This document shows, piece by piece, positions 1 to 11,731 of a stretch of 64,000 bases of DNA (positions are counted from its first letter, which is position 1; each line of letters begins with the position of its first letter). The stretch is from assembly GCA_963695855.1 (NCBI GenBank), contig CAVOHZ010000010.1:1056001-1120000 (forward strand). The letters run 5' to 3'. Both the position numbers and the translations under genes were made by a program. The notes beneath the pieces were generated by a model that was given only the letters and a program-made list of their open reading frames with translations, made no database searches and had not been told where the DNA came from. Source of the stretch: an uncultured Nitrososphaerales archaeon (GTDB lineage Archaea > Thermoproteota > Nitrososphaeria > Nitrososphaerales > Nitrososphaeraceae).

Positions 1-421
1 TCGAAGCAATAAATGCAATTTTAATACCATATCTTCTTTCTGTTATTTTAAAAACTAGAAATGTATCTATCACTGCAAAAAGGCTCATAATTAATCGTGG
101 AACTAGATAAAGAGTTTGAATAGAATTTTCAGTAGGTAAAGGATTGAACGAATCTGGATATCCGATTAATCCCATAATACCAGCCATGAGTATTTGACCG
201 AAATAAGGAGCAAAATAACGATCCTGTGGTTGAAGACTTTCACCTTGTAACGTAGACATGGTTTTTCTCATGTAATGTCCCTCGTCAATATGCAAATTTG
301 GAAAGTCAAGTAAATTCCAAGTGTGGGTAAAGGCACTTAATATTAATGGAATAAGAAGTAATGCAATCTTGTTGCTCTTACCATATCCTTTCTTTTCAAT
401 CAGTTGACTTAATTTCATCAT
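1..421 (-). CDS. Glycosyltransferase family 39 / ArnT-PMT-like membrane glycosyltransferase (partial, runs off window start)
   Basis: Manual translation from ATG 421: MMKLSQLIEKKGYGKSNKIALLLIPLILSAFTHTWNLLDFPNLHIDEGHYMRK...YFAPYFGQILMAG. A TM helix followed by the GT-C 'DE' motif; lies downstream of a Dol-P-Man synthase. Confidence 0.75.
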   Translation of the reverse strand, partial: MMKLSQLIEKKGYGKSNKIALLLIPLILSAFTHTWNLLDFPNLHIDEGHYMRKTMSTLQGESLQPQDRYFAPYFGQILMAGIMGLIGYPDSFNPLPTENSIQTLYLVPRLIMSLFAVIDTFLVFKITERRYGIKIAFIAS

Positions 422-503
422 CACCCAACACAAATAATTTTATGATTATATATGCTCAAAATGAGGTATATTCGTCACATAGTGAGAATAAATGTAATCA
501 GAT

Positions 504-1307
504 TTATTTCTTTTCGTATTTTTTTCTTCCGTAATTATACAACTGCCAAACTGAACCAATATAATCAAAAATAACATTATAACCCATCTTACTTTTACCT
601 GATTTTCTATCAGTAAATGTATATGGAATTTCGTAAATGTGCATATGTTTTGATTTAACGAGAATTTCTAATAGGATCTTGTAACCTTTCGTATCAATTT
701 GTAAATTTTCCATTAAAGATCGTGGCACAGCAAAGAATCCGGACATTGGATCTGTAACGTTATTTACATGTAACCCAATTTTTGCGATTATCGCAGCACC
801 TTTGCTGATTAGTCTTCTTTTAAATGGCCAGCCTACTATTGCTCCATTTTTTATATATCTTGATGCAATAACTATTGAATTAGAATCATCTAATAACTTT
901 TCAACCATTTGAGGAATAATTTCTGGAGGATGTGAAAAGTCTGCATCCATAACAAGTATATAATCACCCTGAGAGAATTTTACACCTTCAATAATAGCAG
1001 GAATCAATCCATTCTTTTCTTTTCTATTAAGAACGTGTATTGAATAGTTAATATTCTCTTTAAATGAATTGTTTTTTTTCTTGTAATCATCATCACTGTC
1101 TATATAATTTTGAACAATATTTCCTGTACCGTCTGGAGAACTATCATCAACTACAATAATTTCGGTAAATATATTATGATAAAGATTTTCTTTGATCTTG
1201 TCTAATAATTTGATAATATTTCCTGACTCATTATAAGTAGGAATAATTATCGATAAAGTGAACATACTTTTAGTTTTATATGTATCTTGGTGATGATTAG
1301 TTTGCAC
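504..1307 (-). CDS. Polyprenol-phosphate mannose synthase (DPM1-like, GT2)
   Basis: IIIPTYNE, VVDDSSPDGT, VMDADFSHPPE, TDPMSGFF, GYKILLE, FTDRKSGKSKM motifs. Confidence 0.9.
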   Translation of the reverse strand: MQTNHHQDTYKTKSMFTLSIIIPTYNESGNIIKLLDKIKENLYHNIFTEIIVVDDSSPDGTGNIVQNYIDSDDDYKKKNNSFKENINYSIHVLNRKEKNGLIPAIIEGVKFSQGDYILVMDADFSHPPEIIPQMVEKLLDDSNSIVIASRYIKNGAIVGWPFKRRLISKGAAIIAKIGLHVNNVTDPMSGFFAVPRSLMENLQIDTKGYKILLEILVKSKHMHIYEIPYTFTDRKSGKSKMGYNVIFDYIGSVWQLYNYGRKKYEKK

Positions 1308-1636
1308 TTTAGTTCTATAGTTTCAATCGGTGTATTAAAATTATCGTGAGTAAATTTGATAACATTTTTTTATATATTTTTTAACTAAGAAAATTATATT
1401 CATTTTTTAAACGAATCATATAGAAAAATTGCTAATTATTTTTATTTATTTTTATAGAAAATATAAATATATTTACAAAAGTTAGGATGAACCGTCTTTT
1501 TATTTTAAAATATTGTAAAATTAGTCTAAAATACGACATACCACAATACATGATGACATTAAAGAATATTGAAGATTGTTATATAACATATAGTAATACT
1601 ATTTAAATTCAATCTAAAATTATTAATTTTGCCTAT

Positions 1637-2758
1637 TTGTATTACTATAATATTCATGACATAATCAAGCTTAAATCTGAGATAAATTTACAGGAATTGG
1701 ACTATTTTGCATCAAAAGAATTCAGTGAACCGGATATCACATTGTCTGTCAATTCCTTTTCTAGAGATCCCGATATGTCAAAAATGCGTACAAAAAGAAA
1801 ATTAATTGCCAAAGAGTTTGAATCTGGAAGTAAGTCTTATGAGATAAAATATACCGAGCATTTTGGAAGGTCTGGTGCACAATTCCAGATAAATGTTGAT
1901 TGGAATAAACTGGAGATTTTAATTAACGCGTTAATTTCAAAGTCAAAGCATGTTACCTATGTTAATTTGATTGAACCTCTGTTGAGATTTCTCTTTCTTT
2001 CCAAAGGTTATATTCTTTTACACTCTGCTTGTATGTCAACGCCTGATGGCATTGGTTTTTTTCTTTCTGCCCCACCAGATACAGGAAAGACAACTACTGT
2101 CATCAAATGTGTAAAAAAAGGATTTTGCTTTTTATCGGATGATATGACTATAATAAGTCTACCTAACCAGGCACTATGTTTTCCAAAATCGATGACTATT
2201 AGTGCACACACTTACAAAACGGCTATAGATGCACAGTCTGTAGAACAGAAGCAAGATGAAGTGAATGAAAGTAATGATAAAAAAGGAATGAGGATTAGAA
2301 GTCTAGTTCATTCAAAAACAGGAAGGAGTTGGATGCACAAGCTAGCTGACCATAATGTCCCAATTTTTACAATAAATACAATAGGACAGACAAAAATAAA
2401 ACCTCCAAAATATCATATAAGGGATATCATAAAAGAAGCTAAGATTCAAGACAAGACAATGATACACTTCCTTTTTTTCTTGGAAAAAGGGAAAGAAGGA
2501 CAGAACGTCGAGAAAGTGGACAAGTTATCAACTGATGATGCTTTAAAAAGAGCAATAGAGAATACTGATGATGCTTTTCTGTTTCCTCCATATAGCGATT
2601 TAATAAAATACGTTAGGATCGCAGGTAAAACAGCCTACGACTTATTAGAGGATGAAAAGAAGATGATGAGAGAATTATTGTCAGGTATTGAGTGTCACGT
2701 ACTCAAGAGCAGCCGAAGAAGGTGGACAGAAATGATCCTTCAAAAATTTAATCAATAA
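1637..2758 (+). CDS. HprK/PEPCK-type P-loop protein (putative kinase)
   Basis: LLHSAC...APPDTGKTTT (Walker A)...FLSDDMTII, the H..GKT..DD signature of the HPr-kinase/PEPCK P-loop fold. Confidence 0.65.
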   Translation: MYYYNIHDIIKLKSEINLQELDYFASKEFSEPDITLSVNSFSRDPDMSKMRTKRKLIAKEFESGSKSYEIKYTEHFGRSGAQFQINVDWNKLEILINALISKSKHVTYVNLIEPLLRFLFLSKGYILLHSACMSTPDGIGFFLSAPPDTGKTTTVIKCVKKGFCFLSDDMTIISLPNQALCFPKSMTISAHTYKTAIDAQSVEQKQDEVNESNDKKGMRIRSLVHSKTGRSWMHKLADHNVPIFTINTIGQTKIKPPKYHIRDIIKEAKIQDKTMIHFLFFLEKGKEGQNVEKVDKLSTDDALKRAIENTDDAFLFPPYSDLIKYVRIAGKTAYDLLEDEKKMMRELLSGIECHVLKSSRRRWTEMILQKFNQ

Positions 2759-2914
2759 AATATTTTGTTTGATTTTTATGTAATAGGAAAATCTACATAG
2801 AGAAAATTTAAAAGATTTTCAAAATAGCTAAGGAAAGGTAACAAGAAAAGAAACGAATCTATTGTTTATAACAATAGATTATACAAAATATTTCAAAATA
2901 AAAGATGGCGGATT

Positions 2915-4630
<1,716 letters not shown>

Positions 4631-4710
4631 TTTCTATTCACCTAATATAATACTCAAATTGAATTTTATCCTATTTTTATAGTTTTACCTTGATCATTTT
4701 TAGATAATAG

Positions 4711-5121
4711 CTAATTTAACAAGTTTTTTTTCTTATCTTCAAATTTTGACTTGAATCTTGGAATATTAATAATAAATCGTTCATGTTTTCCTTCTCCAAT
4801 TTTTTCAAGTTCATCATACGCATCCACATTAAACATCACCTTTCTACCGTCCACAGAGTCCACTATTGCATTTAATTTGATTTTAGATCCTACGGGGGTT
4901 GCAGCAAGGTGTTTTATATTCACGATTGTACCAACAGAATCCCATTCTTTATCTTTCAAATAATATTCCTTTAGAAGAAGTCTGCAAGTTTCTTCCATTT
5001 CAGATATCATTGAAGGAGTGGAGAGAACATTTTCTCCTTCCCATAGAAAACTTGTAGTCTGATTGGAATTGGTTTTAATGGTTCTTTCTTTTTTCGAGCC
5101 TATTTTTATATCAAAATCCAA
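4711..5121 (-). CDS. Hot-dog fold thioesterase (FlK-like)
   Basis: VLSTPSMISEMEE, SVGTIVNIKHLAATPVG, GEGKHERFII. Confidence 0.88.
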   Translation of the reverse strand: MDFDIKIGSKKERTIKTNSNQTTSFLWEGENVLSTPSMISEMEETCRLLLKEYYLKDKEWDSVGTIVNIKHLAATPVGSKIKLNAIVDSVDGRKVMFNVDAYDELEKIGEGKHERFIINIPRFKSKFEDKKKNLLN

Positions 5122-5205
5122 ATCTATCTAATGTATAAGTCGGACATAGAATTTATTAAATTGATTGATTATTTTATTATATCAGTCTTCATAAGAATTT
5201 AAAAA

Positions 5206-6675
5206 TTAAAAAGATGTTTTATTGTTGTCAAACCCATATTCTTTCCATCTACTTTTTACAAGCATCTCAGTTTGTTCATCAACAGTGGCTAACCTCTGGA
5301 TTTCACGCAAATACCCTTCTTCCTTTGTTTTTGTTGTCGCATCGATACCCAATTTCGACCCCAGATTTAAAAGAGGTGAGGCAGGGTCGAGCGTGTCTGA
5401 AGGAGCATTGTCGATAATTATAATATCCCTTCTAGGATCTGATTTTGTAGTTATAGCCCATATGACTTCGTTAATATCATATACATTGATATCATGATCG
5501 ACTACTACAAATATTTTTGTTAATGATAGCTGGCCCATGCCCCATAATCCCATCATTACCTTCTTAGCTTGTCCAGGATATCTTTTTTTTATCGAGATAA
5601 TTGCCAATCCCTGAAACCAACCAGATGGCGGCATAGAAAAATCTACAACCTCTGGTTGAAACATTTGTATCAATGGCAGGAATGACTGTTCAATGACTTT
5701 GCCCAAATATGCATCCTCTAAAATTGGTTTTCCCACAACAGTTGTAAGATAAACAGGATTTTTCTTCCTCATTATACCGGTTAGATTAAACGTAGGATAG
5801 GATTCAGGAGGAGTGTAAAAGCCAGTATGATCTCCAAAAGGCCCCTCTTTTCTCATTTCATTTGGATCTACATATCCTTCCAAAACTATCTCTGAATTAG
5901 CTGGAACTTCAAGATCAACCGTTTTGCATTTTACCAATTTAACACCTTTTTTGCGTACTATACCAGAAAAGAAAAATTTATCCATTCCTTCAGGGACTGG
6001 AGCTACTCCACTGAAAATTGTGGAGGGATCTGTTCCAATAACAATTGCGGTTTCAATACGCTGGTTTTGTTCTCTCATTATTTCATAATGTTGAGCACCA
6101 CGCTTGTGTTTCTGCCAATGCATTATTGCTTTTTTTTCATTAACTATTTGGATCCTATAAACACCTATATTTCTGATTCCTGTTTCCGGATGTTTAGTAA
6201 TTGTCAATCCGAATGTAATAAACCTCCCAGCATCTTCCGGAAAAGATTTCAATACTGGTAGAGAGTTTAGATTGCCTTTATCAGTCTCAATTAGCTCGGT
6301 AACTGGACCAGAATCTACGTATTTGGGAGCATATTCTCCTATTTCCGAAAGTTTTGGAAGCACTTTAAGTTTGTCAAATATACTCGATGGAATTTTCATC
6401 TTTGTTAGTTCAGTAATTCTCTTTCCAATTTCTCTAAAGTCAGATAGATTTAGAGCTGTCTTTACCAAATCTAGTGTACCAAAAATATTGCCTAGAACCG
6501 GGATATCATAACCTTTAACATTTTCAAATAAAACAGCAGGAGATTTTCCCGAATAAATCAATCTTCTCATAATTTCTGCAATTTCAAGGTTTGTATCGAC
6601 TTGAGTTTTTACCCTATGAAGTCTTCCACTAGTTTCAAGAGCTTGTAAATATTCGGTTAAACTATCAAAAACCAT
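5206..6675 (-). CDS. ubiD: UbiD-family (prFMN-dependent) decarboxylase, probably menaquinone biosynthesis
   Basis: RNIGVYR, EGPFGDHTGFY, VVVDHDINV, LDPAS...KLGIDAT. Confidence 0.92.
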   Translation of the reverse strand: MVFDSLTEYLQALETSGRLHRVKTQVDTNLEIAEIMRRLIYSGKSPAVLFENVKGYDIPVLGNIFGTLDLVKTALNLSDFREIGKRITELTKMKIPSSIFDKLKVLPKLSEIGEYAPKYVDSGPVTELIETDKGNLNSLPVLKSFPEDAGRFITFGLTITKHPETGIRNIGVYRIQIVNEKKAIMHWQKHKRGAQHYEIMREQNQRIETAIVIGTDPSTIFSGVAPVPEGMDKFFFSGIVRKKGVKLVKCKTVDLEVPANSEIVLEGYVDPNEMRKEGPFGDHTGFYTPPESYPTFNLTGIMRKKNPVYLTTVVGKPILEDAYLGKVIEQSFLPLIQMFQPEVVDFSMPPSGWFQGLAIISIKKRYPGQAKKVMMGLWGMGQLSLTKIFVVVDHDINVYDINEVIWAITTKSDPRRDIIIIDNAPSDTLDPASPLLNLGSKLGIDATTKTKEEGYLREIQRLATVDEQTEMLVKSRWKEYGFDNNKTSF

Positions 6676-6803
6676 TAATCTTAATATTATCGTGACTTTA
6701 CGTTATAAAAAGTCAATTACACCTATATCTCCAAAAACAGAGCACTATGATTTCTACTTGTATATCGAATACTTGATAATTGAATTATTTATTTCAAATT
6801 TAT

Positions 6804-6932
6804 TTATAGAACTCGATGATGCTTTATTATTCCCCAAACAATTACAGCTCCTATGAATCCAAAAAGTCCAATAAGTACAGGAAAATCGAATGTGTTTAAA
6901 ATATGTATGATATCATTTATTGTAAATGACAC
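6804..6932 (-). CDS. Unannotated 42-aa single-TM small protein
   Basis: GTG start; MSFTINDIIHILNTFDFPVLIGLFGFIGAVIVWGIIKHHRVL*; TATA-like ATATAAATATATAA upstream on the minus strand (6947-6960). Confidence 0.5.
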   Translation of the reverse strand: MSFTINDIIHILNTFDFPVLIGLFGFIGAVIVWGIIKHHRVL

Positions 6933-7155
6933 AAAAGTAGATCAGGTTATATATTTATATTCGATCATAATCAAAATTATAAATAATTTGCCAAAAATTT
7001 ATTTACAACTTCAGAATAAAATGCATATTAATTTGATTTTATTCTATATTAAAAACTAGACTATCCAACTAAATTTCTTGTAGTATGTAAAAATGGAAAA
7101 TATCGATTTTCAAGCATAAAAATTTTTATTTGAAAGAATTTGAAAATGAATTTTG

Positions 7156-7731
7156 CTAGTTAGTACAGTAAAAGCAATCTCTTAACTGTTTTAAAATTCG
7201 GGCAGTAGCACCCCAAATTATTTGGTTATCATATTTGAAAAGAAAAGAATTTGAAAAATTCTTGTATGAAAAATTATTTGAGAGACTTTCAAAGAGATCG
7301 AAAATTTCTATATCAAGGATACTTGATACTTCATCAGATAAGATTTTTGGTTTACGTATTCGTTCTTGGAATGTTATGTAAGGTATTATTGTAAAATTTG
7401 AAGTTAAGGTTCTAACTGCTTTAAGAGAACCTTTGATTTGGTCAGGGGTAAAATATAGACCAATTTCTTCTTTTGTTTCCCTCAAAGCAGTATGTAATAA
7501 TGAAGAATCGGTGATCTTAAATGTACCCCCAGGAAAAGATATTTCGCCTCTATGGTATTTCAGATTAGAACTTCTTTTAGTCAAAATAATTTTGGGCGTA
7601 GAATCAGTGAAATGGATTATTATCAATATTGATGACAGTTTAAAGTCGGTGGCAGTTAGAGAATAATAATCTATATCAACTAGATTTGGTTCAATTCTCT
7701 TTATTATTTCTTCTTTGCTTAGATACAACAA
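7156..7731 (-). CDS. Nudix hydrolase, CoA pyrophosphatase type
   Basis: LTKRSSNLKYHRGEISFPGG, Nudix box ALRETKEEIG, IWGATARIL. Confidence 0.9.
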   Translation of the reverse strand: MLYLSKEEIIKRIEPNLVDIDYYSLTATDFKLSSILIIIHFTDSTPKIILTKRSSNLKYHRGEISFPGGTFKITDSSLLHTALRETKEEIGLYFTPDQIKGSLKAVRTLTSNFTIIPYITFQERIRKPKILSDEVSSILDIEIFDLFESLSNNFSYKNFSNSFLFKYDNQIIWGATARILKQLRDCFYCTN

Positions 7732-7877
7732 GAAAAGATTATTTGATATTATTTAAGATTTTATTTATTTGTGCTTTTTTAAATTAAGAAGTGCGTATCT
7801 CGCATGCAAGAGTTGTCAATTTAGCAAGAAAAACAATTGTATTTTATAGTCCTGAAGTTGAAAAAATAGTGTATTAG

Positions 7878-8645
7878 TTGATTATTAATTATGAATTAAA
7901 TCCACCAAAGATTTTGCCAGGTGGGTGTTTTGATCGTCACAGATTGTTTAAAGACATTGAAAATATCAAAGGAAAGATATCGTTATTAGAAAAATATGTA
8001 GATGGTATTCATTTTACTGATTCTGTTCTAGGAATTCCTAGACTTTCAAGTATATCGATGGCAGATATCATAAAAAGGTCAACAAAGAATCCACTGAAAA
8101 TTTCCTGTAGTGTAAGAACAAGAGATAGAAATTTTACAGCCATGTATCAAATTGTTATTGATGCAATATTATCAGAAATTGATAGTTTGTTGATATTACT
8201 AGGAGACGAACCAATTAAAGGACCTAAGAACAATAATCCAGTAAAACCAAGTGTATTTGTTTCTGAACTGAATAAACAAGGGTTTAATAAAATTGTGAAA
8301 TTAAATTTATCAATTCCCAACAAAATTAGCAATTCTACAAATATCCAAAAAAAGATTGAAGCAAAACCTTATGCATTTGTTACTCAATCCATTGAATCTT
8401 TAAATGATCTAGAGATAATAGTTGATACTGTAAAACCATTTAAGATAAGGGTAGTTGCTTGTATTATGTTACCCTCTGAAAAAAACAGAAAGTCTGCTGA
8501 TGCAATAGGACTTGATTGGAAGGAATACGAAAAAGCACCTATTGACTTTATTACTAATGCAGGAAAACTTGCTGATGAGATCTTGTTAACTTCTCCTAAT
8601 CATTTTGCATTGGCCGGAGATGTACTTTCTGAGATCAGATGCTAA
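7878..8645 (+). CDS. Methylenetetrahydrofolate reductase (MetF)-like protein
   Basis: YELNPPK, TDSVLGIPR, RTRDRN, LLILLGD, FVTQ pattern. Confidence 0.7.
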   Translation: MIINYELNPPKILPGGCFDRHRLFKDIENIKGKISLLEKYVDGIHFTDSVLGIPRLSSISMADIIKRSTKNPLKISCSVRTRDRNFTAMYQIVIDAILSEIDSLLILLGDEPIKGPKNNNPVKPSVFVSELNKQGFNKIVKLNLSIPNKISNSTNIQKKIEAKPYAFVTQSIESLNDLEIIVDTVKPFKIRVVACIMLPSEKNRKSADAIGLDWKEYEKAPIDFITNAGKLADEILLTSPNHFALAGDVLSEIRC

Positions 8646-9427
8646 GAGTGTTGTTTTTTAGAATGTATCATCTCGGATTTTAGTTCGTAGAGTACTTTTC
8701 TTTGATACTCCTTCAACCCATCATCCTCAGTTAAACGTGGTCTTCTATAGTCAATTTTTATATCTTTTTTTATCTTTCCAGGTCTACTAGTAAATACAAC
8801 TACTCGATCTCCAAGGCATATCGATTCGGTGATATTATGAGTAACAAAAATAATTGTTTTGTTGGTTTTTGCCCATATTAATTGTAATTCAACCAATAAC
8901 AAATCTCTTGTCTGAGAATCTAATGCAGCGAATGGTTCGTCCATCAATAAAACCTCCGGGTCTAAAACCAAGGACCTCGCTATGGCCACTCTCTGTTTCA
9001 TCCCACCTGAAAGTTGATATACATAAGCATCAGCATATTTGGAGAGTTGCATCATGTCCAAATATTGCATGGCTATCTCTCGTCTTTTCACTTTTTCTAC
9101 CTTTGCCATTTTCAAACCGAATTCAACATTATCTATTACTTTTAACCAAGGAAACAATGCATTTTCTTGAAATACTATAATTCTGTCTGGTCCCGTTTCA
9201 GTTATTTGTCTACCATTTAGGATTACTTGTCCCTGGGTTGGTTTATCTAAGCCTGCCAAGATGTTGAGAAGAGTTGATTTTCCACATCCAGAAGGCCCCA
9301 CAAAACATACGAATTCACCATCTTTTACTGAAAGATTAATGTTTTCAACTGCATTTATTTTTGTTGATAGCTTGCCTTCGTTTCTTTTAAAAGTTTTGGT
9401 AACATTTTTTATTTCTAATTTGACCAA
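8642..9427 (-). CDS. ABC transporter ATP-binding protein, NitT/TauT/SsuB family
   Basis: GPSGCGKST, VFQENALFPW, LSGGMKQR, LLMDEPFAALD, FVTH. Confidence 0.93.
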   Translation of the reverse strand: MVKLEIKNVTKTFKRNEGKLSTKINAVENINLSVKDGEFVCFVGPSGCGKSTLLNILAGLDKPTQGQVILNGRQITETGPDRIIVFQENALFPWLKVIDNVEFGLKMAKVEKVKRREIAMQYLDMMQLSKYADAYVYQLSGGMKQRVAIARSLVLDPEVLLMDEPFAALDSQTRDLLLVELQLIWAKTNKTIIFVTHNITESICLGDRVVVFTSRPGKIKKDIKIDYRRPRLTEDDGLKEYQRKVLYELKSEMIHSKKQHS

Positions 9428-9746
9428 GAGAATACAGCCCCAAATCGCTAAAAACTATTCCAAAAAGTTATTAATATTGGAGTAGCGTAAAAAAGAGTCA
9501 AAATGAACGAAATATTCATGGTTCTACAATAAAAAACATTTCTAGAATTGGTTTTTGCAAATGATCCACAGTATACTAGCACCGCATTGATATAAAGAAT
9601 TTGATTATTGATAGCATCATAGTATGATAAAATTTTATGTGGGTTCACGGAAATTTTTGTATTATGAACCATCATCCACATTTATAAAAATTAGCAAATA
9701 TAAATAATAGCATTTTAACAAATCATTTATTATATAGTAAAAATGA

Positions 9747-10949
9747 TTAATTTTTCAAAAGTGACAATATTTCATGTATAGAAGCATTTGTTTTAAAACC
9801 TGTAGGACGGAAGATTGTTCTTGATGCATTAAAACCAGATAAAGATAATTTTTCTATAATCTCCATTAATTTTATAGGACTGGTTCTAAGCATTGAACCA
9901 ATCTCATCCAATGAAAAATAATATGGAATATCATCTAATTCTTGAAAACTTGTTGTAAAAATTTTTTTTATTTGTCTGAAGAGGCGATTTGATTTGGAGT
10001 AATCTTGCTCAAGATAGATTTCATTAATTTTTGATAAAATTTTTTTATTGTATAGCTTGTCAATCCATAGCTGTCCAGCAACACTAGTTTTTACATTACA
10101 TATTTGACATTTGTCTGTTGTAGAAGGAGATGATTTGAATGTATTTCTATCACCACATTTAAAACAATGTTGAATGTATCCGATGTTAGAAAAAACATCA
10201 TTTGCTTGGTTTTTGCTAAAAGATAACTGCAGAAAAATTCGAAAATAGTGTCTATTTGAATGAGCAAAAACTGGTAATACTCTTATTCCTAATCTTGCTG
10301 CTTGTAAAGCTATTGAAGAAAGAAGAAGACGTGTAGCAACTTCATTGGAATAGGTATTATTCATAGAGATACCAGAATATTTTCTAAGACATACCTTTTG
10401 ATAGATTCCACTTAAAACTGCGGTATCAGTTGCAGTAACAGAAATCAATCCACCGTTTTCGATTGAACGCAAAACACAGTCAATAAACGGCGCTGGACTC
10501 CCGAATGGATCAAGGTCTATGATTGAAAATCGATCATGATGAAGAGAAGAATGGCGCGAGATCAGAAATTTGCATACTTCAGTTGTAGAAAAAAAACATT
10601 TGTCAAGTATTGAATTTAGAGCGGCTGATTCCTTTGCTATATCTATTGCTAGCTCGTTTACATCATTTATAAAAACACGTGAAACTTTTGGCACTTCGAC
10701 GGCTACCCTCAATCCTCTAGGTCCGATACCTCCCAAGGCATCAGCAAAAGTAATCTCTCCGTTATTATGATTATCTTCCAAAAAAGCATTATAAAGATAA
10801 ATCGAAATATCCCTATTCAATTCCGCTAAAGGATTGAAGAATGCAGGGTAATGTGGTGGGACTTTATCTTCCAATGATGATTTGGGTACGAGTAAATTGG
10901 TTTTTCCTTCCCTTATTAATTTTAAAGTTGCTGTAATAGCAGTATCCAT
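9747..10949 (-). CDS. trm1: tRNA (guanine-26 N2)-dimethyltransferase
   Basis: FFNPLAELNRDISI, IIDLDPFGSPAPF, TATDTAVL, CxxC..CxxC zinc site, TGFKTNA. Confidence 0.93.
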   Translation of the reverse strand: MDTAITATLKLIREGKTNLLVPKSSLEDKVPPHYPAFFNPLAELNRDISIYLYNAFLEDNHNNGEITFADALGGIGPRGLRVAVEVPKVSRVFINDVNELAIDIAKESAALNSILDKCFFSTTEVCKFLISRHSSLHHDRFSIIDLDPFGSPAPFIDCVLRSIENGGLISVTATDTAVLSGIYQKVCLRKYSGISMNNTYSNEVATRLLLSSIALQAARLGIRVLPVFAHSNRHYFRIFLQLSFSKNQANDVFSNIGYIQHCFKCGDRNTFKSSPSTTDKCQICNVKTSVAGQLWIDKLYNKKILSKINEIYLEQDYSKSNRLFRQIKKIFTTSFQELDDIPYYFSLDEIGSMLRTSPIKLMEIIEKLSLSGFNASRTIFRPTGFKTNASIHEILSLLKN

Positions 10950-11065
10950 GTGCTTTGGTTTGCCAATAGAATTGTGATCTAATTGTTATATATAGTCAAT
11001 TTTATGTTATAAACTGTTTTCAGTAATTTTAAATTAATACACGAGTGATTGAAAGATAGTAATCA

Positions 11066-11731
11066 ATGCTGCTGTGTGGAGTGGATGAGGCGGGGAGAGG
11101 TTCAGTCATAGGTCCTCTTGTAGTAGCAGGAATCATGATAAAAAAGTGCAAAATGAAGAATCTAGCTGAAATTGGAGTGAGGGATTCAAAGAAACTAACA
11201 AGAAAAAAGAGAAATACTTTATTTTATGAAATTCTTGATATTGCTGAATTTACTTGTGTTTATAAGATTGGTCCTAAAGAGATAGATGAAAGTGTCCATC
11301 GAAACAATCTCAATAAACTGGAAGGAAGAGTCATGGCTAATATAATTAACCACTTGGAAGGAGATATTGCATATATAGATTCTTGTGACGTAAACATTAA
11401 AAGATACACAACGTTACTCAGATCACATTTAAATCCGTACAATAGTAATGTGAAGATTTTTGCTATGCATAAGGCTGATGTATTGAATATTGCAGTATCA
11501 GCTGCTTCAATAATTGCAAAGGTGATAAGAGACAAAGAGATAGAGAATCTTCAAGAACAGTTTCACAATATAAACATAGGCAGCGGATATCCTGCAGATA
11601 GAAGAACCATGAAATTCATTAACAATTTGATAGAAGAGAAAAATAATTTTCCAGATTTTATCAGAAGGTCTTGGAGCCCTGTAAAAAATATTTTAGAAAA
11701 GAAGCAGAAAAAAATTTATGATTTTTTTTGA
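11066..11731 (+). CDS. rnhB: Ribonuclease HII
   Basis: GVDEAGRGSVIGPL, DSKKL, AASIIAKV.RD, GSGYP, C-terminal PIP box QKKIYDFF. Confidence 0.95.
   Translation: MLLCGVDEAGRGSVIGPLVVAGIMIKKCKMKNLAEIGVRDSKKLTRKKRNTLFYEILDIAEFTCVYKIGPKEIDESVHRNNLNKLEGRVMANIINHLEGDIAYIDSCDVNIKRYTTLLRSHLNPYNSNVKIFAMHKADVLNIAVSAASIIAKVIRDKEIENLQEQFHNINIGSGYPADRRTMKFINNLIEEKNNFPDFIRRSWSPVKNILEKKQKKIYDFF

Noticed and set aside
6853-7059. 68-aa + strand ORF
   Set aside because: Low-complexity AT-rich ORF; the opposite strand gives a more credible TM microprotein
9448-9681. 77-aa ORF as the missing ABC permease
   Set aside because: No EAA motif or proper TM pattern; too short
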